From contig JAEOSK010000011.1 in assembly GCA_016840405.1 (NCBI GenBank), forward strand, positions 2,634 through 66,633: a DNA stretch of 64,000 nt, in the 5' to 3' direction. Shown in pieces: positions 53,804 through 61,669 of the stretch. Numbering within the stretch: position 1 is the stretch's first letter; every line of letters begins with the position of its first letter. Origin of the DNA: Candidatus Hermodarchaeum yapensis. GTDB taxonomy: Archaea > Asgardarchaeota > Hermodarchaeia > Hermodarchaeales > Hermodarchaeaceae. The notes under the pieces were generated by a model. It was not told where the DNA came from. It searched no databases and saw nothing but the letters and a program-made list of their open reading frames with translations. The position numbers and the translations under genes were made by a program.

Positions 53804-54408
53804 GTTGTTGACCTCCTAGAACTGAATTTTGATTCAATTTTCTTTTTCGTGGTATCGTACAAAGTGGGCAGTTTAGTTAGATCCACACGTCCCTTCGAAA
53901 TATCTCCAAATTGACGTTTGAAGGTCGAAGGTTGATTGTCACTCAAATCCTTTGCATAATTGGCGATATGTTCTCCTCGAATCCGCTTCTCCTCGGGGAA
54001 CATCTTATCTGAACAGGGAATAGTAATACCTGAATCGATTACACCTCGCACAGCGGAGAAGATTCGTGATCCAGGAATAGGCTTTGTCAATCCAATATCC
54101 ACAATCGCAGCAGTGACTCCATTGTTGATTGCACGGTGACCAGCCAGGAAACCTGTTAGATAAGCCGCAGGTACGTTTTTGATACCAGCAGTCCAACCAA
54201 ACTGTTTCAATTGTCGTGAATCAGCTACTGCAACGCTCCGATCACCCTCAGGGAGAGCTTCCATTAGTTGAACAATGATTCTAGTACCTGTCTTCCTGAC
54301 GACTAACCGAGGTCGTCCTGAGCCGACCATACGGCGTCTTGCGTGATAGTCAGTTTTACTTTCTCGTCGTCGACGAAACGGAACTTTATAACGTGGTCCT
54401 GTTGCCAT
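53800..54408 (-). CDS. rpl18: Ribosomal protein L18 (uL18)
   Basis: '[25 protein letters not shown]...[15 protein letters not shown]'. Confidence 0.9.
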   Translation of the reverse strand: MATGPRYKVPFRRRRESKTDYHARRRMVGSGRPRLVVRKTGTRIIVQLMEALPEGDRSVAVADSRQLKQFGWTAGIKNVPAAYLTGFLAGHRAINNGVTAAIVDIGLTKPIPGSRIFSAVRGVIDSGITIPCSDKMFPEEKRIRGEHIANYAKDLSDNQPSTFKRQFGDISKGRVDLTKLPTLYDTTKKKIESKFSSRRSTT

Positions 54409-54411
54409 TTT

Positions 54412-54873
54412 TTATCGCCTCTTCATTTTATGCTCCTGGATGTAATTGTCGACTCGACGTACGGAAGGAAACACTCCACCCTTCGCAAGCCGATATAACC
54501 GGCGGTAGTCGCTAGGGCGGATAATGCGTCGAGCCCTGAGTTTCTTGAGGTGTCGGCGGATTGCACGTATCTTAATCATCCACCGTTCTTTCCCAGAAAC
54601 CTTCGCCGTACTTTTTCCCTTCCGACTTCCATGCCCTGACCTGAGTCCACGTTTACGCTTTTCGAATAATTCTTTGGCTCGAGCACGGCTTACTCCTTTA
54701 ATTGGTAACTGTCGAATCGCGCCCTCATGGATTAATCGCCGGATGTCATCACGCCGGATAGCCATGGCTACATCATCCAGGCGATTTGGATCAATCCAAA
54801 CCCGATTCTCACCGACTTTGAGAATCTGTGCTGCTAACCTTCGTTGGGAACTGACTTTCATTGTATTGGTCAC
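54412..54873 (-). CDS. rpl19e: Ribosomal protein L19e
   Basis: 'SQRRLAAQILKVGENRVWIDP' and 'SGHGSRKGKSTAKVSGKERWMIKIRAIRR'. Confidence 0.9.
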   Translation of the reverse strand: MTNTMKVSSQRRLAAQILKVGENRVWIDPNRLDDVAMAIRRDDIRRLIHEGAIRQLPIKGVSRARAKELFEKRKRGLRSGHGSRKGKSTAKVSGKERWMIKIRAIRRHLKKLRARRIIRPSDYRRLYRLAKGGVFPSVRRVDNYIQEHKMKRR

Positions 54874-54876
54874 CTT

Positions 54877-55326
54877 CTATAAGATTTCTTCAGTGGAGAG
54901 ATCAAAAAGTTCTCTTACCTCCGATTTCAATTGCGGATTCAGAACGTGAAGACCGAGGTCATCGGCTCGTTCAATAATTGCTAAACGTTTCCGGTCGCCA
55001 ACTCGGTGGGCGATTCGGACCGCATGGATTTTCGGATGTAATCCGTCCATGTCCTTGATGTTGTACACCAGCACTTCTTGCATACCGGAAGGATGAAGCC
55101 CACGCAGTTTCTTGGAACTTCGGTATCCGATTCGCGGCATCGCCGGATGTCCCTTTTCTCGTTTGCGAATCATAGAGTCAATGCCCTTGGGACGCCGCCA
55201 GCCAGTATCTAGACGTTTATACCGCCAACTTTCAGGACGTTTGAATTTCGGCTTCCGTTGATTCAATATACGCTTCTTAGACAATTCCTGTTTGAGCTTC
55301 TCAATCCGTTTGCTTCTCTTCATCAC
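54877..55326 (-). CDS. rpl32e: Ribosomal protein L32e
   Basis: 'KPKFKRPESWRYKRLDTGWRRPKGIDSMIR' and 'GLHPSGMQEVLVYN'. Confidence 0.9.
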   Translation of the reverse strand: MMKRSKRIEKLKQELSKKRILNQRKPKFKRPESWRYKRLDTGWRRPKGIDSMIRKREKGHPAMPRIGYRSSKKLRGLHPSGMQEVLVYNIKDMDGLHPKIHAVRIAHRVGDRKRLAIIERADDLGLHVLNPQLKSEVRELFDLSTEEIL

Positions 55327-55344
55327 ATATCACATCCGTGTTGG

Positions 55345-55908
55345 CTATATCTTCCAGTGTCGCTCACCAAGCTGTTTTTCGTAAACATAAATCCCGTCAT
55401 GGAATTTGCGGGGATCCTTTCTTCGCAGTTTTGTGGAGTGTTGAATATTCGCCGCAGTTTGCCCAACCAATTCGATGTCAATACCTTCTAAAATGACATC
55501 GTCACCTTGAACGGTGACTGTTACACCTTGGAGAATCTTTGCTGAGCGTGGCGCTTTCTCACCATAGAAGTTTTCGACAATTAGTCTGTCGCCATCAACT
55601 TTGACGGTGGGGGGGAAGTGGGCAAAAACCACTTTCATCTTATAAGTGACTCCGTGGATTACACCCAGCATCATATTCTTGATATGAGAAAGGATTGTTC
55701 CCACAAGGGCAATTTGCCGGCTACGAGGATATTCGACTGAAACGTGGATATTATTTCGGATTTTTTTGATGTCGACCTCAGCGTGGGTAAAGTCACGCTT
55801 GAGTTCACCCTTTGGACCCTTTACAGTGATTAGACTATCCTCAACTGTGACTGTGACGTCTTCCAGGATAGGAGTTTGTTGTTCGTGATGGGTTGTTTTA
55901 GGTGGCAT
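55345..55908 (-). CDS. rpl6: Ribosomal protein L6 (uL6)
   Basis: 'VTVEDSLITVKGPKGELKRDF' and 'GVTYKMKVVFAHFP'. Confidence 0.9.
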   Translation of the reverse strand: MPPKTTHHEQQTPILEDVTVTVEDSLITVKGPKGELKRDFTHAEVDIKKIRNNIHVSVEYPRSRQIALVGTILSHIKNMMLGVIHGVTYKMKVVFAHFPPTVKVDGDRLIVENFYGEKAPRSAKILQGVTVTVQGDDVILEGIDIELVGQTAANIQHSTKLRRKDPRKFHDGIYVYEKQLGERHWKI

Positions 55909-55926
55909 GACTGTCAGATCCTGTGC

Positions 55927-56319
55927 TTAGTATACGTAGGCGATTAGTCGTCCTCCATGTCCTTGTTCTATGGCTTCACGATGGGTCATGAAACCCTTGG
56001 GGGTAGATACGATGAGAAAGCCGAATGCACGAGAGGGTAGGAACCGTTTTTCCCAGTCTTCAAATTGGGTGCGTTTAACGGGGTGATGGGGCGAAATTAT
56101 ACCACATTGGTTAATTCGACCTAGTAATTCAACGCGAAGCATGCCGGCTTTACCATCATCGATGAATTCGAATTCGCCAACGTAACCCTTTCGTTGCATG
56201 ATGCGAAGTGCAGCACCAATTTTCCTCGAGGCTGGAGCAATGATTACCTCAGACTTATGAAGCATTTCGTGATTCATGATTGTTGAGAAGGCATCGGCCA
56301 ACGGATTTTTCACGGGCAT
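55927..56319 (-). CDS. rps8: Ribosomal protein S8 (uS8)
   Basis: '[18 protein letters not shown]' and '[21 protein letters not shown]'. The ORF track begins at GTG 56331, but ATG 56319 fits the usual N-terminus. Confidence 0.9.
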   Translation of the reverse strand: MPVKNPLADAFSTIMNHEMLHKSEVIIAPASRKIGAALRIMQRKGYVGEFEFIDDGKAGMLRVELLGRINQCGIISPHHPVKRTQFEDWEKRFLPSRAFGFLIVSTPKGFMTHREAIEQGHGGRLIAYVY

Positions 56320-56333
56320 TATCATTTTCACCT

Positions 56334-56483
56334 CTAACAGTATTTACGAAACCCGAGTTCTTCTGCGACCTCTCGGAAACATCGTCGGCACAGGCCAATA
56401 TTGTAGCTTCGAATAATGGCACGGTGTGTACCACATCGTTTACATTGACGGTGGCCTTTGCCTTGCTTCTTCTCCCTTGACAT
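56334..56483 (-). CDS. rps14: Ribosomal protein S14 (uS14, zinc type)
   Basis: Not in the ORF track (49 aa). My translation is '[49 protein letters not shown]'. Its ATG overlaps the rpl5 stop (TAATG). Confidence 0.85.
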   Translation of the reverse strand: MSREKKQGKGHRQCKRCGTHRAIIRSYNIGLCRRCFREVAEELGFRKYC

Positions 56484-57148
56484 TAGAATTCGTCCTCCAT
56501 ATCGGGTGTAGTGAATTGAATCCCCAACTCAGTTGAGAGAACACCCATTGCCTCTGAAGGTGTGATACGATGGCGACGTGGGACTTTGTGGCGCCCTCGT
56601 CGACGGCGTGTAATACGGAATCCTGGTCGCTCAGTGCAAATACACACATCCATCCCGAAGATGCCCAAGGTAGGGTCGTACTTGACTCCGGGAATCTGAA
56701 TGTGCTCAGATATTCCAAAGCAGACGTTACCAGAGTGATCAACAGCGCTCTCGGGAATTCGAAAATCGGTTACATCGAGCGCCCTTTTGGCAAAATCCAT
56801 CGCTCGATCTCCACGAAGTGTGACTTTACACCCCATGGGTTCGCCTTTTCGTAGCCCAAAATCACGATTATGACGCTTCGCTAATACATCCACTGGTTTT
56901 TGCCCTGTTAATTCTTCCAGAATCGTTTTGGCTTTGGCTAATGTTTCGCCGCCAGATCCTAAGGACATATTGATAACGACTTTTGAAATGAAAATTTGCC
57001 GCATGATGTTTTCCTTTTTTGCCTTTGGTGTTGTGGGAGTCTTTTCAGTGGTCTCGGTTTTAGGAGTCGCTGAGGCTGTTTTAGCCTTGGCTGTTGTTGC
57101 GCGACGACGTGTCGTTTTAGCTTTGGTCGTAGTTTTTTCTTTGGACAT
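56483..57148 (-). CDS. rpl5: Ribosomal protein L5 (uL5) with K/T-rich N-terminal extension of about 45 aa
   Basis: The core is '[38 protein letters not shown]'. The N-terminus reads '[44 protein letters not shown]'. Confidence 0.9.
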   Translation of the reverse strand: MSKEKTTTKAKTTRRRATTAKAKTASATPKTETTEKTPTTPKAKKENIMRQIFISKVVINMSLGSGGETLAKAKTILEELTGQKPVDVLAKRHNRDFGLRKGEPMGCKVTLRGDRAMDFAKRALDVTDFRIPESAVDHSGNVCFGISEHIQIPGVKYDPTLGIFGMDVCICTERPGFRITRRRRGRHKVPRRHRITPSEAMGVLSTELGIQFTTPDMEDEF

Positions 57149-57150
57149 GT

Positions 57151-57891
57151 TTAGCCAGCCTCCGGAATGGATATCAGGGGTTCATCTTCGCCAAGCGGGA
57201 ACACATACCGGATTGCCGTGAGGATAGTTTTGTCTCCTGAACCTTGTAAGGTTCCAAGTTGATTCTCTGGATCAATTTTTGTGAGTTTACCAACAAAGCC
57301 GGTGTGGTCACCACCGGTAATGACCGCAGTTATGCCCTCCTTTAGGGGAACGTGGTTCTGAATTGTTTGATCGGGGAGTTTGATGAGAAGCATATCACCA
57401 GGTCGGTAGGTTTCCTTTGGTTTTGCTTTGGGATCTTTTACAGGTAAGAGGATTGTGCGACCATCGTGGAGGTGTAGTTGAATGTGACCTTTGGCGACAG
57501 TATTTTTCCCTGTGATTTTACAGGGTTTGAGTGCTTGTTCTTTTTTCGTAATCTTTACGAGTTGGATGAGATGTTGAGAATCTGGAACTACACGAAGACG
57601 GGTTTTTGTTTCTGGAATTTCGATGACATCCATGAGTCCGACTGGAAATTTGTAATCCTTTCGTGTTCGTCCATCAACCTTTACATGACCTTGGGTAATG
57701 ACCCGGCGAGTTTCGGTAAGTGTAGTGGTGAGATTTAGCATATCCCGAACTACGACGCCCAAAGGGAGGCTCTCGTGAAGCGGGTGTGCTCCAGGGTTTG
57801 GACGGATTGTAAAGGGATGTACTTTGCGTTTGATTCTCCAATGTCGTGGTGCAGATAATCGTTTCATGTGTTTTCGGGGACCCTTTGCCAT
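57151..57891 (-). CDS. rps4e: Ribosomal protein S4e
   Basis: 'GPRKHMKRLSAPRHWRIKRK' and 'VITQGHVKVDGRTRKDYKFPVGLMDVI'. Confidence 0.9.
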   Translation of the reverse strand: MAKGPRKHMKRLSAPRHWRIKRKVHPFTIRPNPGAHPLHESLPLGVVVRDMLNLTTTLTETRRVITQGHVKVDGRTRKDYKFPVGLMDVIEIPETKTRLRVVPDSQHLIQLVKITKKEQALKPCKITGKNTVAKGHIQLHLHDGRTILLPVKDPKAKPKETYRPGDMLLIKLPDQTIQNHVPLKEGITAVITGGDHTGFVGKLTKIDPENQLGTLQGSGDKTILTAIRYVFPLGEDEPLISIPEAG

Positions 57892-57896
57892 TTTTT

Positions 57897-58283
57897 CTAA
57901 TCCTCCTTTACTTTCAATTCACGTCGTGCGGCGGCTATGCGATCGATTACATCTTGACGCATTTTGTCGATTTTCAACTTGGTAATCATAACATTGGATG
58001 GGTGAATAGGTAGAGAAACGGCAGTCCCATCCACTTTCTCTATTTGGATGTTCTCGATATGGATCCTGAGATTTTTCATATCCACGGTTTCTATATCGCC
58101 CTCTGAGTCTCGGAAAGCTCCACGGGTAATATAAACAGTATCTCCTTTGACGACAGGTATGCGTTTTATTCCATGCTTATCGACAAGCTCAGGAGCTAAT
58201 CGAGCGGTAAGCAACTTATGTCGTCGTTGCCACTGTGCTGAATAGCGTTCTTTTCGCTGTTTTTTTGGTTTTTTCGACGTCAT
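57897..58283 (-). CDS. rpl24: Ribosomal protein L24 (uL24)
   Basis: KOW region 'IPVVKGDTVYITRGAFRDSEGDI'. Confidence 0.9.
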   Translation of the reverse strand: MTSKKPKKQRKERYSAQWQRRHKLLTARLAPELVDKHGIKRIPVVKGDTVYITRGAFRDSEGDIETVDMKNLRIHIENIQIEKVDGTAVSLPIHPSNVMITKLKIDKMRQDVIDRIAAARRELKVKED

Positions 58284-58298
58284 CTTTTCTCATCGTTC

Positions 58299-58721
58299 CT
58301 ATACAATGATACTAGCAACACTGGCTATACGTGGCCAACGTTCAGCGGCTTCCCGGGCGATTGGTCCACGGATTTCTGATCCTTGAGGGTCACCCACTTC
58401 AGAGGTAATTACAATGGCGTTATCTTCGAAGCGAATCCATTGACCACCCTTACGTCTGAATGGTTTTCGTTGGCGAACAATGATGCCACGAAGCACCTGT
58501 CGACGCATCTTGGGTGTACCGGCTTTGCAGGAAACCACTACCATGTCTGCTACACTGGCAGTAGGATTGCGACGGAGGCGGCCGTGGTATCCAATAACCG
58601 AAATGAGTTCTACGATCCTAGCGCCGCTATTATCTGCGACTGTAAGTCTAGCACCAGTGGGTAATCCTCGGCTGATTCGGGTTTTTGAAATTCCTGCAGT
58701 TTTTCGGCCTCGTTTCACCAT
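58299..58721 (-). CDS. rpl14: Ribosomal protein L14 (uL14)
   Basis: 'LTVADNSGARIVELISVIGYHGR' and 'IRFEDNAIVI'. Confidence 0.9.
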   Translation of the reverse strand: MVKRGRKTAGISKTRISRGLPTGARLTVADNSGARIVELISVIGYHGRLRRNPTASVADMVVVSCKAGTPKMRRQVLRGIIVRQRKPFRRKGGQWIRFEDNAIVITSEVGDPQGSEIRGPIAREAAERWPRIASVASIIV

Positions 58722-59065
58722 TATGATTCTTCCTCCTTTTCTTTAAGGCATTCAACGACAACATAGGACACTGTTTTGCTAAGAGGACGACATTCGGCAA
58801 TGCGAACAGTATCTCCCACTTCACAAGGGATACAAGGTGGAAGATGGGCTGCCGTCATAGAGTGGTTGCGTGAGTATCGACGATATTTTTTGATGAATCG
58901 CAGGTAATCTCGACGGACCGTGACTGTACCTTTCATCTTAGTACTGGCGACAATGCCTTTCATAACCCGCCCACGAACAGGCAAGGTGCCATGAAATGGA
59001 CAATTAGCATCTTGGCACTCCTGTTCTGGAGGATTCACTTTTAGACCAATATTACGAGCTACCAT
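58721..59065 (-). CDS. rps17: Ribosomal protein S17 (uS17)
   Basis: 'CPFHGTLPVRGRVMKGIVASTKMKGTVTVRRDY' and 'VGDTVRIAECRPLSKT'. Confidence 0.9.
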   Translation of the reverse strand: MVARNIGLKVNPPEQECQDANCPFHGTLPVRGRVMKGIVASTKMKGTVTVRRDYLRFIKKYRRYSRNHSMTAAHLPPCIPCEVGDTVRIAECRPLSKTVSYVVVECLKEKEEES

Positions 59066-59346
59066 CGTAGTTTTTTCACCCTCCTTAATCGTTCTGCGGG
59101 ATGCCCGAGTAGGGAGTTCCCATCAAGTTGTGCGGTTTCACCATTGGGCAGGAATAGTTTGAAAGTGCTTGTTGCTTTGGGTATCTGCCGATGATGAAGA
59201 CCGTCAAATAATGTGAGCGTTCCATGAGTTTCATCAATAATGTGACCAGTTAGTCTGTTCAAACTGGGATTAGTGGACTGCACCACGGTCGCGGATAGTC
59301 CAATAAGCGGACGGATTGAGAGGCGCTTTGAATAACGGAGCATCAT
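59059..59346 (-). CDS. rnp1: RNase P protein component 1 (Rpp29)
   Basis: 'LIGLSATVVQSTNPSLNRLTGHIIDETHGTLTL...IPKATSTFKLFL'. The position between rpl29 and rps17 is conserved. Confidence 0.85.
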   Translation of the reverse strand: MMLRYSKRLSIRPLIGLSATVVQSTNPSLNRLTGHIIDETHGTLTLFDGLHHRQIPKATSTFKLFLPNGETAQLDGNSLLGHPAERLRRVKKLRW

Positions 59347-59579
59347 GATGTCTCTCCTTCCTCCATGTCAGCAGGAGCTAGACGTGCTTCCTCATTCACG
59401 ATAGTAAGTATCCGGGCGATACTCCGGCGAAGCGCCCGAATGGCACTGGGGTTTTCTATTCCAGCACCAGACATCATTGCCGCTCGTTGTTTCGCGAGTT
59501 CAGCACGCAGTTCGTTTAATTTACGTTTTCTTTCCTCAGGACGCATTTCCCGGATCTCAGTCACCGTAATTATTGCCAT
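59343..59579 (-). CDS. rpl29: Ribosomal protein L29 (uL29)
   Basis: 'EIREMRPEERKRKLNELRAELAKQRA'. Confidence 0.9.
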   Translation of the reverse strand: MAIITVTEIREMRPEERKRKLNELRAELAKQRAAMMSGAGIENPSAIRALRRSIARILTIVNEEARLAPADMEEGETS

Positions 59580-59604
59580 TGCGTTTGTGCCTCCTTCTCA
59601 TACC

Positions 59605-60771
59605 TCACTTTTTTGAAGATGATTTACTTGATTTTGCGGCGGTTTCCTTGCTAGGCTTGGTTTCTGATTTCTTGGCTTTCGATTTCGCAGAATCCTTCTT
59701 GGTTTTCGCCTTGGGTTTTTCTGCCGCCTTTTTCGTTGTCTTAGTTGTAGCCTTGGGCTTTGCCTTAGCTTTGGGTTTCGTCTCAACCTTCTTTTTCTTC
59801 GCTTTCGGCTTTTCCTCTACTTTGGCCTTCTTCGGCTTTGCCTTGGGCTTCTCTTCCACCTTCTTCTTAGCCTTGGGCTTGGGTTTTTCTGGTTCCTTCT
59901 TTTTCGCAGGTGCAGCCTTAGGCTTCTTCTTCGGCTTTGGCTTAGGTTTCTCTGGTTCGGGTTTCTTTTCCAGTGGAGGCACATCTTCAGGCTCAGGTTC
60001 AGGAATTTGGTCTAGTTCCGATTCACTAGGAGTGTCCACTGCAGGAGATGGTTCTCCACTTTCTTCAATGAATTCTTCAATGGGCGGCGCTTCTTCTATG
60101 GGAAGTTCTTCCTCAATGACTTCAATTTCTGAAGCTTCAACCGCTTCAGTGGCAGGAACCGGCGGAATTTCTACTTCACGGTGCATAATTATCGGTCGAT
60201 CCGGAGCAACAGCATCAGGAAGCATTACGCGTATTTGTACGCCCAATATTCCAGGTTTCATAATCGCATAAGCAATGCCGTGACTAACAGCAGTGCGAAT
60301 AGGTTCACCAGTTTTGGCAACGAAGCCACTTCGGAATTTTTGGTATCGGGCTCTTCGGCTGGTAAGCTTGCCAGATATGGAGATTTCCACGCCCTTAGCT
60401 CCAGCCCCGACAATACGGCGAAGAACACCATACGCTGCACGACGGAAATGATCGCCACGTTCCAGGCGTTGAGCTAGTCGTTCAGCCATAATGGCGCCGT
60501 TCAGCTCAGGAACTTCAACTTCACTAACTTCAATTTGTGGGGCTTCCAACCCGAATTCGTGTTCTAAGGTCTCCGTTAATTCACGAACAGTGGTTCCTCG
60601 TCGTCCAATCACCATTCCAGGACGAGAGGCATACACAACTACACGCATACCCAATGGCGTCTTTTGGAGATCAACACCAGCATACCCTGCGCGACGGAGT
60701 TCACGACGTAAGAAATCATTTACTTTGACTTTTAATAACCCTCGATTAATGAAGTGATCTTCAGCTGGCAT
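59605..60771 (-). CDS. rps3: Ribosomal protein S3 (uS3) with ~185-aa bipartite (acidic then K-rich) C-terminal extension
   Basis: KH and S3-C core: 'FINRGLLKVKVNDFLRRELRRAGYAGVDLQKTPLGMRVVVYASRPGMVIGRRG'. The tail runs from 'EVIEEELPIEEAPPIEEFIEESGE' into 'KKPEPEKPKPKPKKKPKAAPAKKKEPEKPKPKAKKK...'. Confidence 0.9.
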   Translation of the reverse strand: MPAEDHFINRGLLKVKVNDFLRRELRRAGYAGVDLQKTPLGMRVVVYASRPGMVIGRRGTTVRELTETLEHEFGLEAPQIEVSEVEVPELNGAIMAERLAQRLERGDHFRRAAYGVLRRIVGAGAKGVEISISGKLTSRRARYQKFRSGFVAKTGEPIRTAVSHGIAYAIMKPGILGVQIRVMLPDAVAPDRPIIMHREVEIPPVPATEAVEASEIEVIEEELPIEEAPPIEEFIEESGEPSPAVDTPSESELDQIPEPEPEDVPPLEKKPEPEKPKPKPKKKPKAAPAKKKEPEKPKPKAKKKVEEKPKAKPKKAKVEEKPKAKKKKVETKPKAKAKPKATTKTTKKAAEKPKAKTKKDSAKSKAKKSETKPSKETAAKSSKSSSKK

Positions 60772-60773
60772 TC

Positions 60774-61235
60774 TTATTCCTCCGTTAATACAACTTCAAC
60801 GTTAACCATTTGTTCATTGAAGGCCGTTGACCGCCCACGCGCCCTTTCTATGAACCGTTTTAGCATCCGACCAGGATAAGCCGAAATATGCGTAATACGA
60901 AGCCGATCAAGGTCCAACCCCTTGTAGTCCGCATTATTCTCCGCGTTTTCTAAAACTCGTAAAATTGCTTTTGAAGCTTTCACCGGATACCGTCCGGAAT
61001 CCGCTTTGTATAACCCTCGTCGATGACCCACCTTCTTGTCATACCGACGATAAGGCACAGCTTGGCGCATGGCTATGACATCTTCGAGGTAAGTTTTTGC
61101 CGCCTCTAACCTGAGCCCACGAAGCTCATTACAAACCTCCCGGGCTGCTTTAGGCGACATACGAACCTCACGTCCTCTAGCCTTGGCAGTTTTGTCTGGA
61201 TCCAAACCAATTATTGAATAGCCGAATTCAGGCAT
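60774..61235 (-). CDS. rpl22: Ribosomal protein L22 (uL22)
   Basis: 'MPEFGYSIIGLDPDKTAKARGREVRMSPKAAREVCNELRG'. Start set at ATG 61235. The 34 upstream codons of the ORF-track ORF lie in the structured non-coding region. Confidence 0.9.
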   Translation of the reverse strand: MPEFGYSIIGLDPDKTAKARGREVRMSPKAAREVCNELRGLRLEAAKTYLEDVIAMRQAVPYRRYDKKVGHRRGLYKADSGRYPVKASKAILRVLENAENNADYKGLDLDRLRITHISAYPGRMLKRFIERARGRSTAFNEQMVNVEVVLTEE

Positions 61236-61269
61236 GGGTATCCAACCTAACGTGGTTAAGTCACTCACT

Positions 61270-61625
61270 TTGCGGGTTGCAGCTACAACGAACCGAAAGC
61301 CACATGACCCTCGGGACTGGTCCGCACTCCCAAACAACGTGAGAGCAGAGGGGGAGAACTACAGTGCCCTATATAAGAATTCTGCTAGTCTGTGCCGTTG
61401 TCCGAAACTTACCCAGCTAGGACACCTGACTGGCGTTCGGTTCCTGCATCATCGACGGGCACTGCCCCGTAGGGCTGTCACCTCCCGCCTCAAGATAGGC
61501 GTTTTCGGTCTCCGCGCAACTCGCGGCGACCCGAGTATTACAGGGTCTGGTTGCCTTTTATAGGTGGCCACTCCACGGGAGAAGTGAAGGGCAGAGGTTA
61601 CCATTCAGCCGGGTTCCTGACCATA
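61270..61625 (-). ncRNA. Candidate large structured RNA, identity unresolved (SRP/7S-like or RNase P-like hints only)
   Basis: About 350 nt without a credible ORF, GC-rich relative to its flanks. Local hairpins lie at 61455-61470, 61486-61501, 61507-61531 and 61564-61576. Nested long-range complementarities are 61481-61491/61342-61352, 61500-61508/61330-61339 and 61543-61547/61306-61310. Several pairs are G-U only if the minus strand is transcribed. Confidence 0.4.
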
Positions 61626-61669
61626 GGTTGCCATCACCGGGAATAAATTCATCAGCAGTCGTTAACCCC

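Noticed and set aside
59573-60271. 232-aa plus-strand ORF rich in 'GFALGF/FFF' repeats
   Set aside because: It is the antisense shadow of the lysine-rich uS3 tail (AAG/AAA codons read as CTT/TTT). Similar shadows lie at 33054-33272, 42888-43256, 51410-51676 and 26192-26407. None is independent coding.
61369-61377. TATA-like CTATATAAG / CTTATATAG, usable on either strand
   Set aside because: It is ambiguous. It could be the rpl22 operon promoter, a plus-strand promoter, or just part of the structured RNA. It is not reported as a feature.
61236-61563. rpl22 N-terminal extension (to 61337) and a 109-aa plus-strand ORF (61234-61563)
   Set aside because: L22 homology starts at MPEFGYS (61235). 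Both ORFs run through the hairpin-dense non-coding locus and have no protein-like features.
61270-61625. Firm assignment of the structured locus as SRP RNA or RNase P RNA
   Set aside because: SRP-like strings are in the right order but lack the helix-8 GNRA tetraloop and AGCA loop. The RNase P CR-V-like string precedes the CR-I-like one, and CR-I is poor. By eye this is not decisive, so the identity is left open.
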